Assembly: GCA_951406725.2 (NCBI GenBank) | Contig: OX597825.1 | Span: forward strand, 14,900,001 to 15,148,000 | DNA from: Octopus vulgaris | Taxonomy: Eukaryota | Reading direction: 5' to 3' | Length of the DNA: 248,000 nt | In this document: positions 155,569-169,600 of the stretch, in pieces | How the letters are laid out: each line of letters starts with the position of its first letter | Numbering within the stretch: the stretch's first letter is position 1 | Translations under genes and position numbers: made by a program | The notes under the pieces: generated by a model | The model's database searches: none | The model's input: only the letters and a program-made list of their open reading frames with translations | What the model was told of the DNA's origin: nothing

Positions 155569-158500
155569 CAGACAACTGGAAACTGTTCCTATAGGAGAAA
155601 AAAATATTTCTAGTAAACTATAGAACAAGATCAAATTATATGATTTACTACAAAAATTCTAATAAATAAATAAAATGACACGAAATGAAAGGTTTTAAAA
155701 TGCAGAGAAATCGAGGAAAATATGTTTCCATTCGCTGAAAATGAGTGGAGTTTAAATTGATTGTTTTCTTTCTTCTTTTTCAGGAATGAATTAACTCATT
155801 CAGGAGTGAAATAGTTTGAATGTTATAAAGTGATACCATATCATAAAATGGCGTGAATGACAGTTTTGGTGACTACAATTTTAACCTATAAAATTATTTT
155901 TTAAAAGAATATCACAAGCCTAATATAGGTTGCGCTGCACATATAAATGTACTTCGGTGCGTACATTCAGTTGTGTAGGTATAATTTGACCGACATGCCA
156001 TTTTCTCAGTATATATATATATATTGTTGCAATTCTTTCAAAATGTGTCGTTTTGGACACCACATTTGTTATTGATTATTATATCATCAGAAGAAGTATA
156101 CATCAATTTATTAGGTTATAATGTATCACTCAAATATCCGTGCTATGTAATATAGTCTGAATTCCATCTTCGGATTATATTACGAGCTGAAACTTTGTTC
156201 CAGTTGGTTACAGATCTCTGGTTCGCGCGACGACTCCTAGTGCAACCGTAAAAGGGAACAAACTTTTGTCATCAACCCCAAAGTTATGTCATCTGCTCTT
156301 CATGCGCAAAATTTGCATAAGTATTCTCTTCTTGTAGACGTGATATATGTCTCGCTTTATAAGCTATTGATGAAACCATGTTGATGGGAAACAGACTTCT
156401 TAGCACACAGATTGTATACGTACATACATGCATAGGTACCTGCCTAGGAATCTACATACCTACATACATAAATACTAACATACATACATACATACACAGA
156501 TACATACATGCATACATACATACATACATACATACATGCATAAAAGCATACATATATAAAATCTCGGTTTGTTGTCTTTAAATCGGAATAATACACCCTC
156601 AATAAGATCAATGGAGTGGTTATTTTTTTTTATACACCATCAAGCAGTATATTGCTTTCTATGGTATGTAACAGATCAAAATTTCGTTCACGATTTTGCG
156701 GCAACTGTTGCATTTGACAATATTGACAGCTCTTCATGCTTGTTAGCCCTAGAGGAATAGCCTCTTTTAAGCTGGATGCATATACCAGCTCTGGATATCC
156801 CGGTGTTGAACTGGAAAAATAAAATGCTAATGAAACATTTTAGCATTTTGAGGAGGAAACTATTGACTTTATATAACATAAGGAAACTTATGACATTCTG
156901 ATAGGCATGGTTGTATCATCCCGTTTATTTGTGTATCCTAGTCCAAAAATGGGTGTGACTACGTTCCCAAAACGTATTTCCACGCATGTGGGCAGGGTCT
157001 AAATATTTCGATTTTCGATTTCACGAAAACACTCGGTTTGTGTTAACTTTTAAGAATGATTCTCCTTCTCGAAACACAAAGTTTGCGATGCTTACTCCCA
157101 TACAGATGCAGCGAAAGTAGTCCTTGCATTGCCAATTTCCTTTTTCTACTGATTTGCCAATATTTAGCGTATCCTGGATTTTAAATGATGGGCCCTTCAT
157201 TTCTCCTACATGTTTCGTTGGTATATCGCACCACTATTGTTGGGCGAGACCAGCTCTGTTTCTTACGCTCCGCCTACATGTTACATTTTCTACACCCTGA
157301 TCACCTGTAATAGATCCTTCGTGATCAATCTAGCTTTGACCCGGGTCTTGTTTTTTTTTCAGCTCTTCGTTTATACTTGTATTATAATCTGTTTGCGGAT
157401 ATGGATTCAGACGACCACGGTTGATGCCACGCCGACTAACAAGCAAAAATGAATAAGGGTGATTTATCAGACATTACCTCATGTCGTTCCAAACAAAAGG
157501 TTGCGTAGATGGTGCAGCGGGCTATGGAATATCCCCCTATTTAACTATAATTCGACGAGCAAGCAGTTCATTTGAACGGTCAATTGCAATTTAACGTCGC
157601 AGAATTAATTATTATCTATTAGAACCAATATGTTACTTACATCATTGTTATTGAATTGGGGTTAATTTAAATATCTAATAGAGTTATCTTGGGAGTAAGA
157701 ATTGTTGTTTCCGATACAATATATTGGTTCCAAAATTTGGCACAAGGCTATACGTGTCAGGGGAGGAGCTAAGTCGATTAGATCGACAGCAGTGTTCTAC
157801 TGGTACTTATTTTATCGACTCCGAAAGGATGTAATGCAAAGTCAACCTCAGTGGAATTTGAACTCAGAACGTAGCGAGGGACAATATGCCGCTAAATATT
157901 TTAACCGGCGTTCTAACGATTCTGCAAGCTCGCCTCCTCAACAGATCAAAATATATTAGTCACAGGTTTGTTCCGAATTACCTATGATATTGCAAAAGCG
158001 TAGTGTGTGTTAGGTATGATGGTAGAACTGTGACGTAGCGTTTGGTTTGGTATCACGTGAAATAGCGTGAATGTATGTGTAAAATTCTGTAAAATAACAT
158101 ATAGGTAGAACTCCTGATGATTTATAGCCAAATGTCTAATCAAGAGAGGTATTCCATTAGTTTTTCAAAGTAACGCCAAACATTATCCATGTTGCATATG
158201 AATCTGTGGTGTGTTTGCTTTGTGGCTAGAGATTCAAAATAACATATTATTTACAGATTTCCTCTGTTCATGATGAAGACCTATGAGTAAAATGTAAAAA
158301 CTCAATTAAATATGACGACAGACTAAATAATGTATATTATTTATTGTACATTTTGTTATTGTTTGTTAATTCCTAGATGTAAGACATTGAAAGTTACGTC
158401 ATATCATAAGTTCGGGAAAGTTAAGAAACCATTCAAATCTCAGAGACAACATTACAAAACTAATAATCTAATTAAATTAGGTGTTACATATTGAAAAATA

Positions 158501-159029
158501 AACAGTAAAATAAACGGAGAGAAAAGAAAACAGAAGAAACTTTGAGAAATCAATTTCTAAAGTTTGCGATTTTATAATGTTTGGTTGCTTAAAACATGTT
158601 ATCTAACATGTCGAAGATACACGGAGGTGGAAAACGACAAACCCCGGTGGTATATTCACATACGTGTGCGTTTATGCAGTCTATATATAGCCGTACATTC
158701 TTCTCAGCATAATGATGCGTGTGTATTTGTATGACGTCGTTTAAATGTTAGGTTATATATATTGTGAAATTTATTCCCACGCTGGAAGAAATATAAGAAA
158801 ATTTTTAACTGCTCCAGAGTCTCAAAATGTGTAGCAGTTTTTAAATTTTGTAATAGCTTTATTGAAATGTCAAATGGGTTTCAACAATGTTTTGTTGACC
158901 TATGGTAAAAAATACTGTAAATGTCAGATTTAGGAGAGTTTAAATTTACAACTCCCGTTTCTGTAATCTAAAACATATACTGGCTGCGAATATGGAAAAT
159001 CATGAATGATCTCAAGGATGATCATAAAA

Positions 159030-159320
159030 TAGTTATAAAAAGAAGCTGATAAAGGGAGAACTGTAGTCATCATGGACCGAAAATAATACATAAACATTAC
159101 CATAACTCTCCTTCAAGACAACACCTATAATGCAAACAAATCAACAATTGCATTCCATCTAAAACAATGGCAAATCTTACCACCTTTATCCATCAGTCTA
159201 CACAAAATTTGACTGCAAACCCAGCAGCGTTTATGGACTTCCAAAAATCCGGAAAAGGGAAGCCTCAAATGAAACGGGAGCAGATCAACCTCATTAGTCA
159301 TTAATAATGAACACCCGTGA
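159030..159320 (+). mobile_element. Penelope-like RT N-terminal fragment
   Basis: IVIKEADKGRTVVIMDR..YI resembles the PLE ADKG..VVI.D motif. Confidence 0.6.
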
Positions 159321-159849
159321 GGTCTCAAAGTGAAGCCAATTGTTACTTATGGTTTTATTTGACCAATCACATTTTAATTGTTAAATTAATTAAATTATGA
159401 TCGTTACATATTAAATTTTCAATATTAACTGAACAATCTGTAAAACCATGTAATTCAAAAAAAAAGTTGTCTCTTCATCGCTTGTTCGAAACGCAACAGT
159501 ATATAAGCTGATACATTGTAGAGAGGCTTGAATAGAACTCGTACGAAAAATATAAAGATTGTTGCAAAAAACAAAGGGTGTATTGAACTCGATGCGTTAG
159601 TAATGGAAAGTTTTAAATGAGTTTGATAATTAAGGGCACTGAGAATGACAACTTAATTTTGTATTCAGATATTTAGACGAAGCAGAATTGAAATGTGTTT
159701 CCGTCGTCTTACAAATTGTTTTCATTTGACGTGCTTTAAAAATCTTACGAAGATTTGTTTATAGTTCAATAATCCAGGTTATTTCGTGTTATGGAGATAA
159801 TAGTAATAATTGAACACCCATCCCATCTGAGTGGCATGTGCTAGTCGTT

Positions 159850-160616
159850 GCAAATACTGTGAGTCTCAGTCGAGTAGTCGGTATATAGTCGTGTCTTATT
159901 TGTCTAATTAACTATATTGCTATACTGGATTGGACGTTATAGCAGTCCGACAGAGGATTATAACAGCGGTGACGAGGTATTAACAAACTCACGAGGGTTA
160001 TACAAACTCACAAGGAGTTACGAATGTCACAAATGTTCCTGTGCAAATTTTACGGTATGCAAAATAGTAAAATTATGGACGAATTGTTGGCCAGTTTGCT
160101 CGAGTTGGAAAAACTGCAACGACAACTGAAAGAACAACAACAACTACAATTATTACAGCAACAACCGATACAGTCAATGAATAGCAGGTCATCAAAAAAT
160201 GTTTAAAAGATGTTCCCGTCAGATTTTGTCACAAATTCAATAACGGAATTTAAGTATGGACCAAATGAAGTTACCTTCAACGCGTATTATAGAGGATACG
160301 AATATATCTTTAATAAAGAGTGCCAAAGATTGGGACAGTGATATGAAAGTCCGTCTAATTCTAAGGAAATTCTACGGAAACTGGTAGCAGGAGAACGTGA
160401 GCGTTACAGAAATTACGTACTCCTGAAGAAACTTTTCCTGATATAAACTATAAAAAATGCAATTGATTTATTGTGTAAAATGTTTTCTAGTGAGGAAAGA
160501 TCGTTGTTCAAAACATGTTGGAAATGTTTAAACTCAGAAAAGTACAAGGATGACTACATCACATGTGCTGGCAGAGTGAACAGTGAGAGTGAAAAGAAGT
160601 TCAAACTGGACGAGGT

Positions 160617-160620
<4 letters not shown>
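159850..160620 (+). mobile_element. Gypsy-type LTR retrotransposon 5' fragment (LTR end, PBS, gag)
   Basis: ...ATAACA followed by PBS-like GCGGTGACGAGG at about 159967; gag remnants NSITEFKY..TFNAYYRGYEYIF..DWDSDMKVRLILRK and SLFKTCWKCL..DYITCAGRVN. Confidence 0.7.
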
Positions 160621-160661
<41 letters not shown>

Positions 160662-160888
160662 GAGTTTACGAAAAAGATCAAATGACGAAGACAGGTGGAG
160701 TACAAAACAAACAGATGTATTAGTATAACGCTCAGGAATAGATAAAATTATTTTGCGTTTCCATCCTACGCTCTCCTACAGAGAGGGACTCATAAAACAA
160801 GGATAGAAACAAGGAGAGAGAAAAAAGGAAAGACAAAAAGTGTGTGTAGTGGCTAACGATCTATCATTGTTGTATTTACGGATGGATT

Positions 160889-160966
<78 letters not shown>

Positions 160967-161176
160967 ACGCATATATGGGTACAGGACATCAACAACTGTG
161001 CAAATATGACATACGTAAACAACGAGAGAGAAAAAACAGAAAAAGAGACATAGAGGAGAGAGAGTGACATATAGAAAATGTTGAAAGAAGGAGGGAGAGA
161101 AAAGGGAATTAGGGAAGTATAGAGGAAGAAAACAGTATAGAGTAGAGTCGCATAAAAAGGTGAAGTAAAACTTATT

Positions 161177-161222
<46 letters not shown>

Positions 161223-161227
161223 TGATG

Positions 161228-161269
<42 letters not shown>

Positions 161270-161306
161270 GAGTAGAGTCGCATAAAAAGGTGAAGTAAAA
161301 CTTATT

Positions 161307-161352
<46 letters not shown>

Positions 161353-161357
161353 TGATG

Positions 161358-161423
<66 letters not shown>

Positions 161424-163019
161424 TATACATATGTATATATATATATATATATATATACAGAAGACACTTCTTCGGCCAAAGATGAAGCGGTACGACGCCC
161501 GTCGTCCATCATGGAATGTTAGATATGGCGATAGGCATGCGCAGTTAAAATAGGACAAACTGGACTATGTTTATTGCTTAACCGTCCAGTAGCCTTGTAC
161601 TTTTGAATTAGTTTTCTACTCTAAGCACAAGGTCCGAAATTGTGAGCGAGGAAGCCGGTAGATTAGATCGATCCCATTACGCAAGTGGTACTTAATTCAT
161701 CGACCCGGAAAGGAGGAAAGGCATAGTCGACTTCGGTGGAATTTGAACTCATAACGCTAATATGCATTCTTTTACTACGTAACTTGTATCCTAAACCATT
161801 CTTGTGAAAATTAAAAATAAATTTCTCTAAATCTTCAGGCAATTCTTTTGGTGCCATTGTATTCACGATGAAGAAGATTTTCACCACGGTACACAAATCC
161901 GAATTCCTGCAGATGCATTAACAATGTCCGGTGCAAAAACGCCAGTAGCAATAATGTATTAGAATTGAAATTATCAGCAATATCTAAATTTAGTAAAAAC
162001 TTTGGATAAAATATTGAATATAGCGAATTTCCTTTAGGCTGTATATATTTTTATAACGTTTGAAAATTAATATTTCGTTCATATCTTTGAAAATGTTCAA
162101 TTGTTTTTTTAAATTCCAAATGTGTATGATGTTTGCGTATATGATATATTTTATTCTGTACAAATTTCGTTTGATTTCCTATGTTATATCATTAATGGCA
162201 ATTTTACTGAAATTGTTTAGGGGTGTACATACTTCTGTGAGATACTATATATAACATAAAACTGAGGCAGGCTGACAGATGGATACATTTATTTAAGCGT
162301 TTTTATCTTTAGAATTACTGCCGTTTCGTAGCTTTCATACTTTAATAACAATTAGTGCATAATAAATTGTTTTACATGTCTGCACCAATATGCCTGTTAG
162401 GTATTGCAGATAAAGATGGCTTGGTCTTTAGGTTACCAGCGCATCATGTTTACATGGATGCTTGAAACCTGAGTTGTACAAGGAGTAGCCTGAATATAGT
162501 TGCAGACTTGCAAAATAATTTATTATACACTGAAAATATTATTACATGGTGTGAAAGCTGTGAAACACCTGTAAGCCAATGAATAGCAAGTGGTTAAATG
162601 AATATATACGCCTCTCATACCTCGTGAGTTTTATGGTTTCTATACTCCTCATTTCATTGAATGGATCTTCTGGATTTCGACTGCAAAAGATTCTACATTA
162701 CACTCCTCCGTATTCGACTACTATGTGATATAGTAGCCGGATCCCCCAGGGAAGCTTTCTGTGTCACCAAATGATCATTCCGTGAATTTTCCTTCCTTGA
162801 AGAAAATAGTACCTATTAAACGAATGAATTTGCCTCATTTTTGCAATAGGATTTTGCAATTGTATGCTAAAAGATTTTGATGGTGAATGGGGAACGTTTT
162901 CAGAACATTTATTTTCTCTTACTTTCTTCTCTCTTTTTGTCGCTTTGTACCGCTCGCTCTTGAAAGTAGAGCTATGTTCCAGAAAATGAACGAGGATAAC
163001 AACACTACACTCCCCATCG

Positions 163020-163600
163020 TATAGCAATCTCCGTGATTCCATGCGATGATCATTGGCTCTTGAACATCTTAGCTCCAGGAGAAGAAGTCTGACGCCATTT
163101 CACAGATTCAGCTCTCTTAACTCGATGATGAGGTTACAGTTCCTTTCCATCATCGTAAATAGAATCATCTCCATTGACTGCGAATCAAATCAGACTTCCT
163201 GTTTTCTCGCATTTAATCGAGTGCCAACTGCCCAGTTACTCATTTTGCACAAAGTTTTCGATACCCACAATTTCACCAATCTTCTATGATGTATAGTAAG
163301 CATAGTGCAGTTGTACATCAATTCCTTGATTGCGAATCATCTTTTCGTGTCGTCTAACCGTCTAACCGTCTATTCGCTGCTAATTTGTGTCACTGGTCGC
163401 AGTCCATCTCCTTCCACTACGTTGTTTCATCCCATGTTCGTCTCTTTTCATTTCAATTGTATCTCTCTGAGTCCATTGCTATTATTAACAGTATGATCAC
163501 CCTAAGCCATCTTGTAGACATCTCTGGATATTGAACCGTTTGCACTATTTCTTCGTTAAGAACTCAACAGCAAACTGTCTGCTATGAAATTCGCTATTTG
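163020..163600 (-). mobile_element. RTE-type LINE AP-endonuclease fragment
   Basis: NSEFHSRQFAVEF, IIEDW.NCG and WRQTSSPGA..SSH remnants; heavily decayed. Confidence 0.45.
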
Positions 163601-166600
163601 CTTCCAGAGAAAGAAAGGAAAAATAAATAAAAAGGAAAACTATTCTATCATCAACGTGTTTGTATTAACTGATCTTTGTCAGTTAATAAAATGTATACAC
163701 ACACTAGCGCATTTATTTCGGTAAAACCTTCGGGATGTTTTCGGTTTGAACGGCAGTTTTTTCTAGCGGTGTCATATGAAATTGCCACCCACAATTATGA
163801 CCCTAGTATCGATCTATTGCATTTCAATCTGTTTTAGGGTGTAGGGTTAGTTAGGGTTAGGATTAAGGTTAGGGTGGGAAGAAAGGTATCTTTTTTTCTT
163901 CACAAATGTAAATAAACCCAATCTGTTTCTTAAACGAGGGACATATTCATACGGCACAGAATGTTTTTTACCTAAATAGACGTCAGTGATTGTTTGAAAT
164001 TGCAGAAATTGAAGAAGAAAAAACAACAAATATTTTACAAGCTATAGAAGTTTCTCAATAAAGCCAAGAGAAAAAGATGCTTTATAAACACATTCTACCA
164101 GTATACGAAGTTTAATTTTTTTTTTAGTTACCTAGAAATTATGTTAAAAACTGCCGTTCCAACCGAAAAGATCCAGCCTTCGTAAATCATAACGCACTTA
164201 GCCGTACATATATACTTACTATTCTATATCTACGCAAACATGTTCACACTTACACATATTTGCTTTATTGTATCTTTCTCCCACTATATATCTATTCCTC
164301 TATTTATACGCGTGTTAAACGAGACGTATGTGAGAAACAAACCGAAACGCGTATTTAATGTATGCACACGTGAAAAGGCGGAGTTTAGAAAAAGAAATGT
164401 ATTTTTCATTGTACTAAATAGCTTGCCCTCTATTCCGCTAAGTACATCTGCCCGTATAAAGTACATTTACTTTTAGATAATTACCTAATTTTCACAGGAA
164501 GATATCCATCTATATGTTTTAGAGAGTAAATGTGCCTGCTGCGATAAATTCGTCGGTATATCTTTAGTCTTTATTCTCATTGTTAAATCATCCTTATCCA
164601 TTTGGAATATTTCACACATAATGGAATTTTAAATATAATCGTAACTCTAAAACGCGTTACTGCTTCAATTTCTTTTCATAACACATTAACTAACTCCGCT
164701 TTAGCTTTTATTTCCTATCTGCTTCCCTTCGACACCTACCAGTTCGAAAGATAATGATTAATCTTTGTAGATCATTACAGGAGAAAATTCAGTTGGAGAT
164801 ATTCAAATGCCTTCCAACAGATAGTTACTATATTCATCCAATTAGCCAGCATTTCAGCGTATTTATCACATCTTAGCATGTCAGCTAGACACGGATACGA
164901 AGCTGATCTAAAATATGTTTTGTACGCAATTTCAATGTTAGTAAAGGTGAAATTGCTGTAAAGTACTCGATACTTCAGCGAAACTGAAATCATAATTTTG
165001 TTAGTTTTGCCGCATCTTTTTTTTATTTTTCAAGTGATAAGTATCTTAACTCTTAAAGTATTCTTCGCCTTTTAAGAAAATTTGAAACGTTGACACTACT
165101 TAACATATCGATATTTCGGAAGGTAAAAGAGGCGGCAGATTGACAGAATTGTTAATTATTCCAGGCGAAACGCTGAGCGTCATTTCGTCCGTCTTTGCAT
165201 TCTGAGTTCGAATTCGGCCCCAGTCGAATTTGCCATTCATCGTTTCGAGTTCCATCAAATAAGTAACTTTTGAATACTGTGGACAATGTAATCGGTAATT
165301 TCTCTCCCTTGAAATTGCTGGCCAAGTGCCAGATGTTCAAATCGATATTTAGAAAGTTGAAAAAAGGGCCGCGACCTGACAGAATTAGCAGCATTCATTG
165401 TTTCGTGATCGTTGAAATAAGGACTAGTTTCGTACAGGACTCGCTGGAATCGACTTACCCGCATTTCAGAAACTGCAGGCCATGTACCAAAATTTGAAAG
165501 GTAATCAGAGAATGGCATTAGAATACTTTCCACTATAGACAAAATGCCTGAAATCTTGGGAAAATAGTCCAGTTCATTTCGTTCCCCCCACTGCATGTAC
165601 TTGTTTTTTCGGCATCGAAAGCAGGGGCGAACTAGGTGGTATTTCACCCCCGAGTGTATGGCAGTATCAATAGAATGCCAGAGAGTATTCATTCGAGTCT
165701 ATGTTTATTTTTCGTTTAGATTTCAAGTTTTCATCCAAAGACCAAGTAAAGATAGATTATATATTCAACCCCTCCTCGGGCTATATAAAAATTACTATGA
165801 AAAACTCGCAGGCAATCACAAAATACGCATTGTTTATATCACAATACAGATCAGACTAGATTGTGCAGGCTAAGCTATATTTAAAGCACACACTCAACAT
165901 TTCCTTTATTCATTTTCCTCTATTTGTGTACAACACACATCATGTAATGCATCATTTTAGGAGATAACGATGTATAGTTTATGGGGTATTCAGCAAATAT
166001 CCAATTGCTCAGCAATCAGTTCGTTCTCTTTGAAGTGTGAGAGGAATTTTTTCCTAGATTGATATTGTTTTAGTTTCTCTCAGGTTCAACTGAAAAATTT
166101 CAATGTCAGATGATAGGTCAGTCATTTTCTTCTGCGCACACTTCTCAAAGATGTTGGCCTTCTTTTCAATGTTATAAATTGATAAGGTAACTTTAATATC
166201 AAGAAGAATAATGCCAGATTTCTAAGTGGAGACCCACAAGTCAATTTGCAATATATTCGAATGGCATTCTAAGTTTTAATACATGTGGAAAAGGAATCAG
166301 TTATTGTGTTTTTCTCAATCCGTAAAGCAACCAGTAAAGCAACCATGCAAATAAACAAAGGATTCAAAAATTAGTGGTAATAATGGTAATGATGAGGGAT
166401 TTGTTGACCCTAGTCTCCTAATTATTGTGTTGGTTTACTTTAACATCACATTTGACTTAGCATTGAAAAACATTTTAACGTGATCATCCCCCCTGTACCA
166501 TATTGTTATATATATATGGATGGAACCACACTGGCCATATGTCATGGGGGTCATGGTGTTTCTATTGCTTATTAAGAGAGTGAAGAGTAGCTTCAATAAC

Positions 166601-169600
166601 CAATACTTTAGGTCCTCGAGTACTGGTACATATGAATGTGGGGGGAGGGGTTTCGTATATGTGTCCGAGTGTTTTGTGCGTGTGTGTGTGCGTATGTGTG
166701 TGTGTTATATCAAAATCATTAGGCTTTGTTGTTTGATACTGATGTTCGATTGTCTTCTGTGATGCTATCTGTGAAGATGCGAACAGTACTCTCTATCAAA
166801 ACAACATACCTTGGGCAAGATTCTCTCAAGACATTGGGTAAATCTTAGAGTCATTTAGAATTGCTTTCAGGACTAAACCGGATCGTTTACAGGGCCACAA
166901 ATACGAGCACCTTCATTTCCAACCTCAACAACGGGGCTTAATTTCGGCAATCAACATTCATACATTTTGATATCTTCGACCCCGCACAGTTGAAATTACT
167001 TGTGCTGAATACACAATATATCTTCACGTCTAAGAACGTCTACATGGGAAAACTTATCCTAATATTTAATGCATAGAATCTCCAGAAGAAATACGTGAAA
167101 AGGATTCAATATTTAAGCAAATTACCCAGTATCGATGTTTCAGCCACAGCGAGACAGTTCGCTGGAAAAACTGCATTGATATCCATCTGAGTAGATACGA
167201 AGCCTACAATTCATATAGCAACTTTCCGAAGGCTGTCACCGCATTGTCGATATACGATCACTATTCAAATTAAAGGCAAATAGTTGAGGCTACTCCACTC
167301 CCAAGTTAATCAATAAAGAATCACCACTCCCAAGTTAATCAAAGTTGTTTACACATTCAAGTCAGTTCCACAGGATGTACAAATTAGTTATGTATTTCAA
167401 GAGAATTCTAGAGGGGTTCCATTTCTGTAGACCTCATGTTGAGGTCGACATTGTAGCAGGCCTTTGAAAGTTGATTGATATAGGCTTCATGGTAGACAGG
167501 TATTGTAAATGTTGTAGAGAATCATCTCAAACAAATTTTGACTGACATAGCTGTTCAACTTTGACTTTTGCTGGCAATCAGCAAATTTTATTCTTCAATC
167601 CGTAAGATTTTAGAGGACTCAAGAGCGTTGGTTTGATTCATCTGCGAAACGCCGGTGTTCACGCAAAGATGTCTCACGAATAAAGACGCGCGTGTGTAAA
167701 CAAAACAGTAACAGAACAAAAAAAAAAGGAAGAGGAAGAAAACTGATGACTTCTATAAAAACAAGAACCATAAACTGTTGGACATGTTTTGTCAGTGTGA
167801 CTCTCGTGAGACGAAAGTGTTGTCTTGAGAAAGACATGGTGTATGGACAGGGTGTGCGTCATGGAATGGTAGAATGACAGTCAGGAACGAAGTGAAAAAT
167901 AGAGAGAAAGAAAGATTGTAGGAGTGTGTCAAGAGTCAAGATGGTCGAAGTGGAAGTTAAGAAACACTGTAATGAAAGAAAAGAAACAAACAAATTTGTC
168001 ATAATAAAAGATATAGTTGAAGACAAATTCAAAATAATTATGAACGACAAGTAGAACCAGCAAAAGAAAAAGAGAAATTACAAACACAGATAAACTTATT
168101 TAATGCACGCATACTTGTATGTGAGTGTGTTAGTGTGACTTTTCATACGTTTTTGTTTAAGTGTATTGACAGAAATCCTGTTGTTTCGTCTCGACCATCT
168201 ATGAACTGTAACTAATGAAACAGCTGAGCACAGCGTTATAAGGTAACCGCTGTAATGCGAAATTATAATTAAGTCGAGTGGGAGAATTGGCTGCAGTAAA
168301 TTTCATGAACTTATCATTCTTGAAATCGCGTTCTCTTGATAAAGACCTCTGTGGCATTCATTGTTTGATCTTTCAACTTAATATCATGATCTTCTAACTT
168401 GAAATCGTCTGTTATAGAAATTATGTAAATACACGTGTACTTACAAAGAAAGTTAGATAGTAGAACGCACAAATGTGTAACATCACATACATCCTACATA
168501 AACACACTGGCACAATAAAATGATATACATAGCGAAAGATATTGGAAAGACACACAATGCGTTATGGAGAAACACAAGAATATATATATATATGTGCATT
168601 TCACACATCCATTTACACAGTCAAGCATGAGAACTCTCTCGTACAGATACTAACTCTGTACAAACCAAAGTTAAAACAACAAATTCTAAAGTTGCTTCTC
168701 TCTTCAATTTACAAACAAATTTCAATCCAAAATGTACGGCTGAACAAAAATATTTTAAAAACTGACAGAGAAATTAAAATTGGAAACTTATTTCATTAAA
168801 AAGAAAAATCATTTAAAAAAAATTATATTAAACATTCAAGATTATTTAGAATTTTGATTCAAGTCCAAATTTCAATTTCGATTTGTTTCATTTTTCATTT
168901 ATTTGTTTTTTCTTTTATTCGGTTGTTTTTATAGCAATACCATTTGCTCTTCCCAACCAAATCCTGTTTACGAAAATATCACGGTTTTATTAATGCGAAA
169001 TTTCAAACCAAAAACTCCAGAAAAAAATGTGCAAACAAAAAAATTAAACTAAAATACGCAATACCGATCGAAACGGTACGTAGCATATTTTTATAATTTG
169101 TATATTTATTTTTTCTGTGTTATATCTGCATGTTATCATTGAAATATTCAATCATGCGCAAATAAAACTTTCAAGACTATGAAATTTTACATCTAAATAT
169201 TTTTATGACTAAATTACCAGTTGAATGCCTTCATACACTGGACTGGCAAGAAGGATTTTTCACACTGTGATGACATATACAATTTTCATGTGTTCTTCGC
169301 AGTTTTCTATTTGCCAGATAAAATCTTCCAGGCCATTAAACATCTGAAATAAGAATTCAACTGAATCTTTTGCTTTTGATTCAAATGTTTGTGTCTATGG
169401 AAGCTGAAGTTGGGAAAATAGCACGTCGTCATAAGAAATCATAGACAGCTGAAGATCGTGATTTCTTGTTTTCTCCATGGCGCCAGTGGGAAAGATATAA
169501 AATGTGAACTCATGGAAACAGATTCTTTAGTACGCCGTAATAATATTATTTTCAATAATGTTCCGCTCATAAACGAAACGATGAAATACATGTTTAACTG

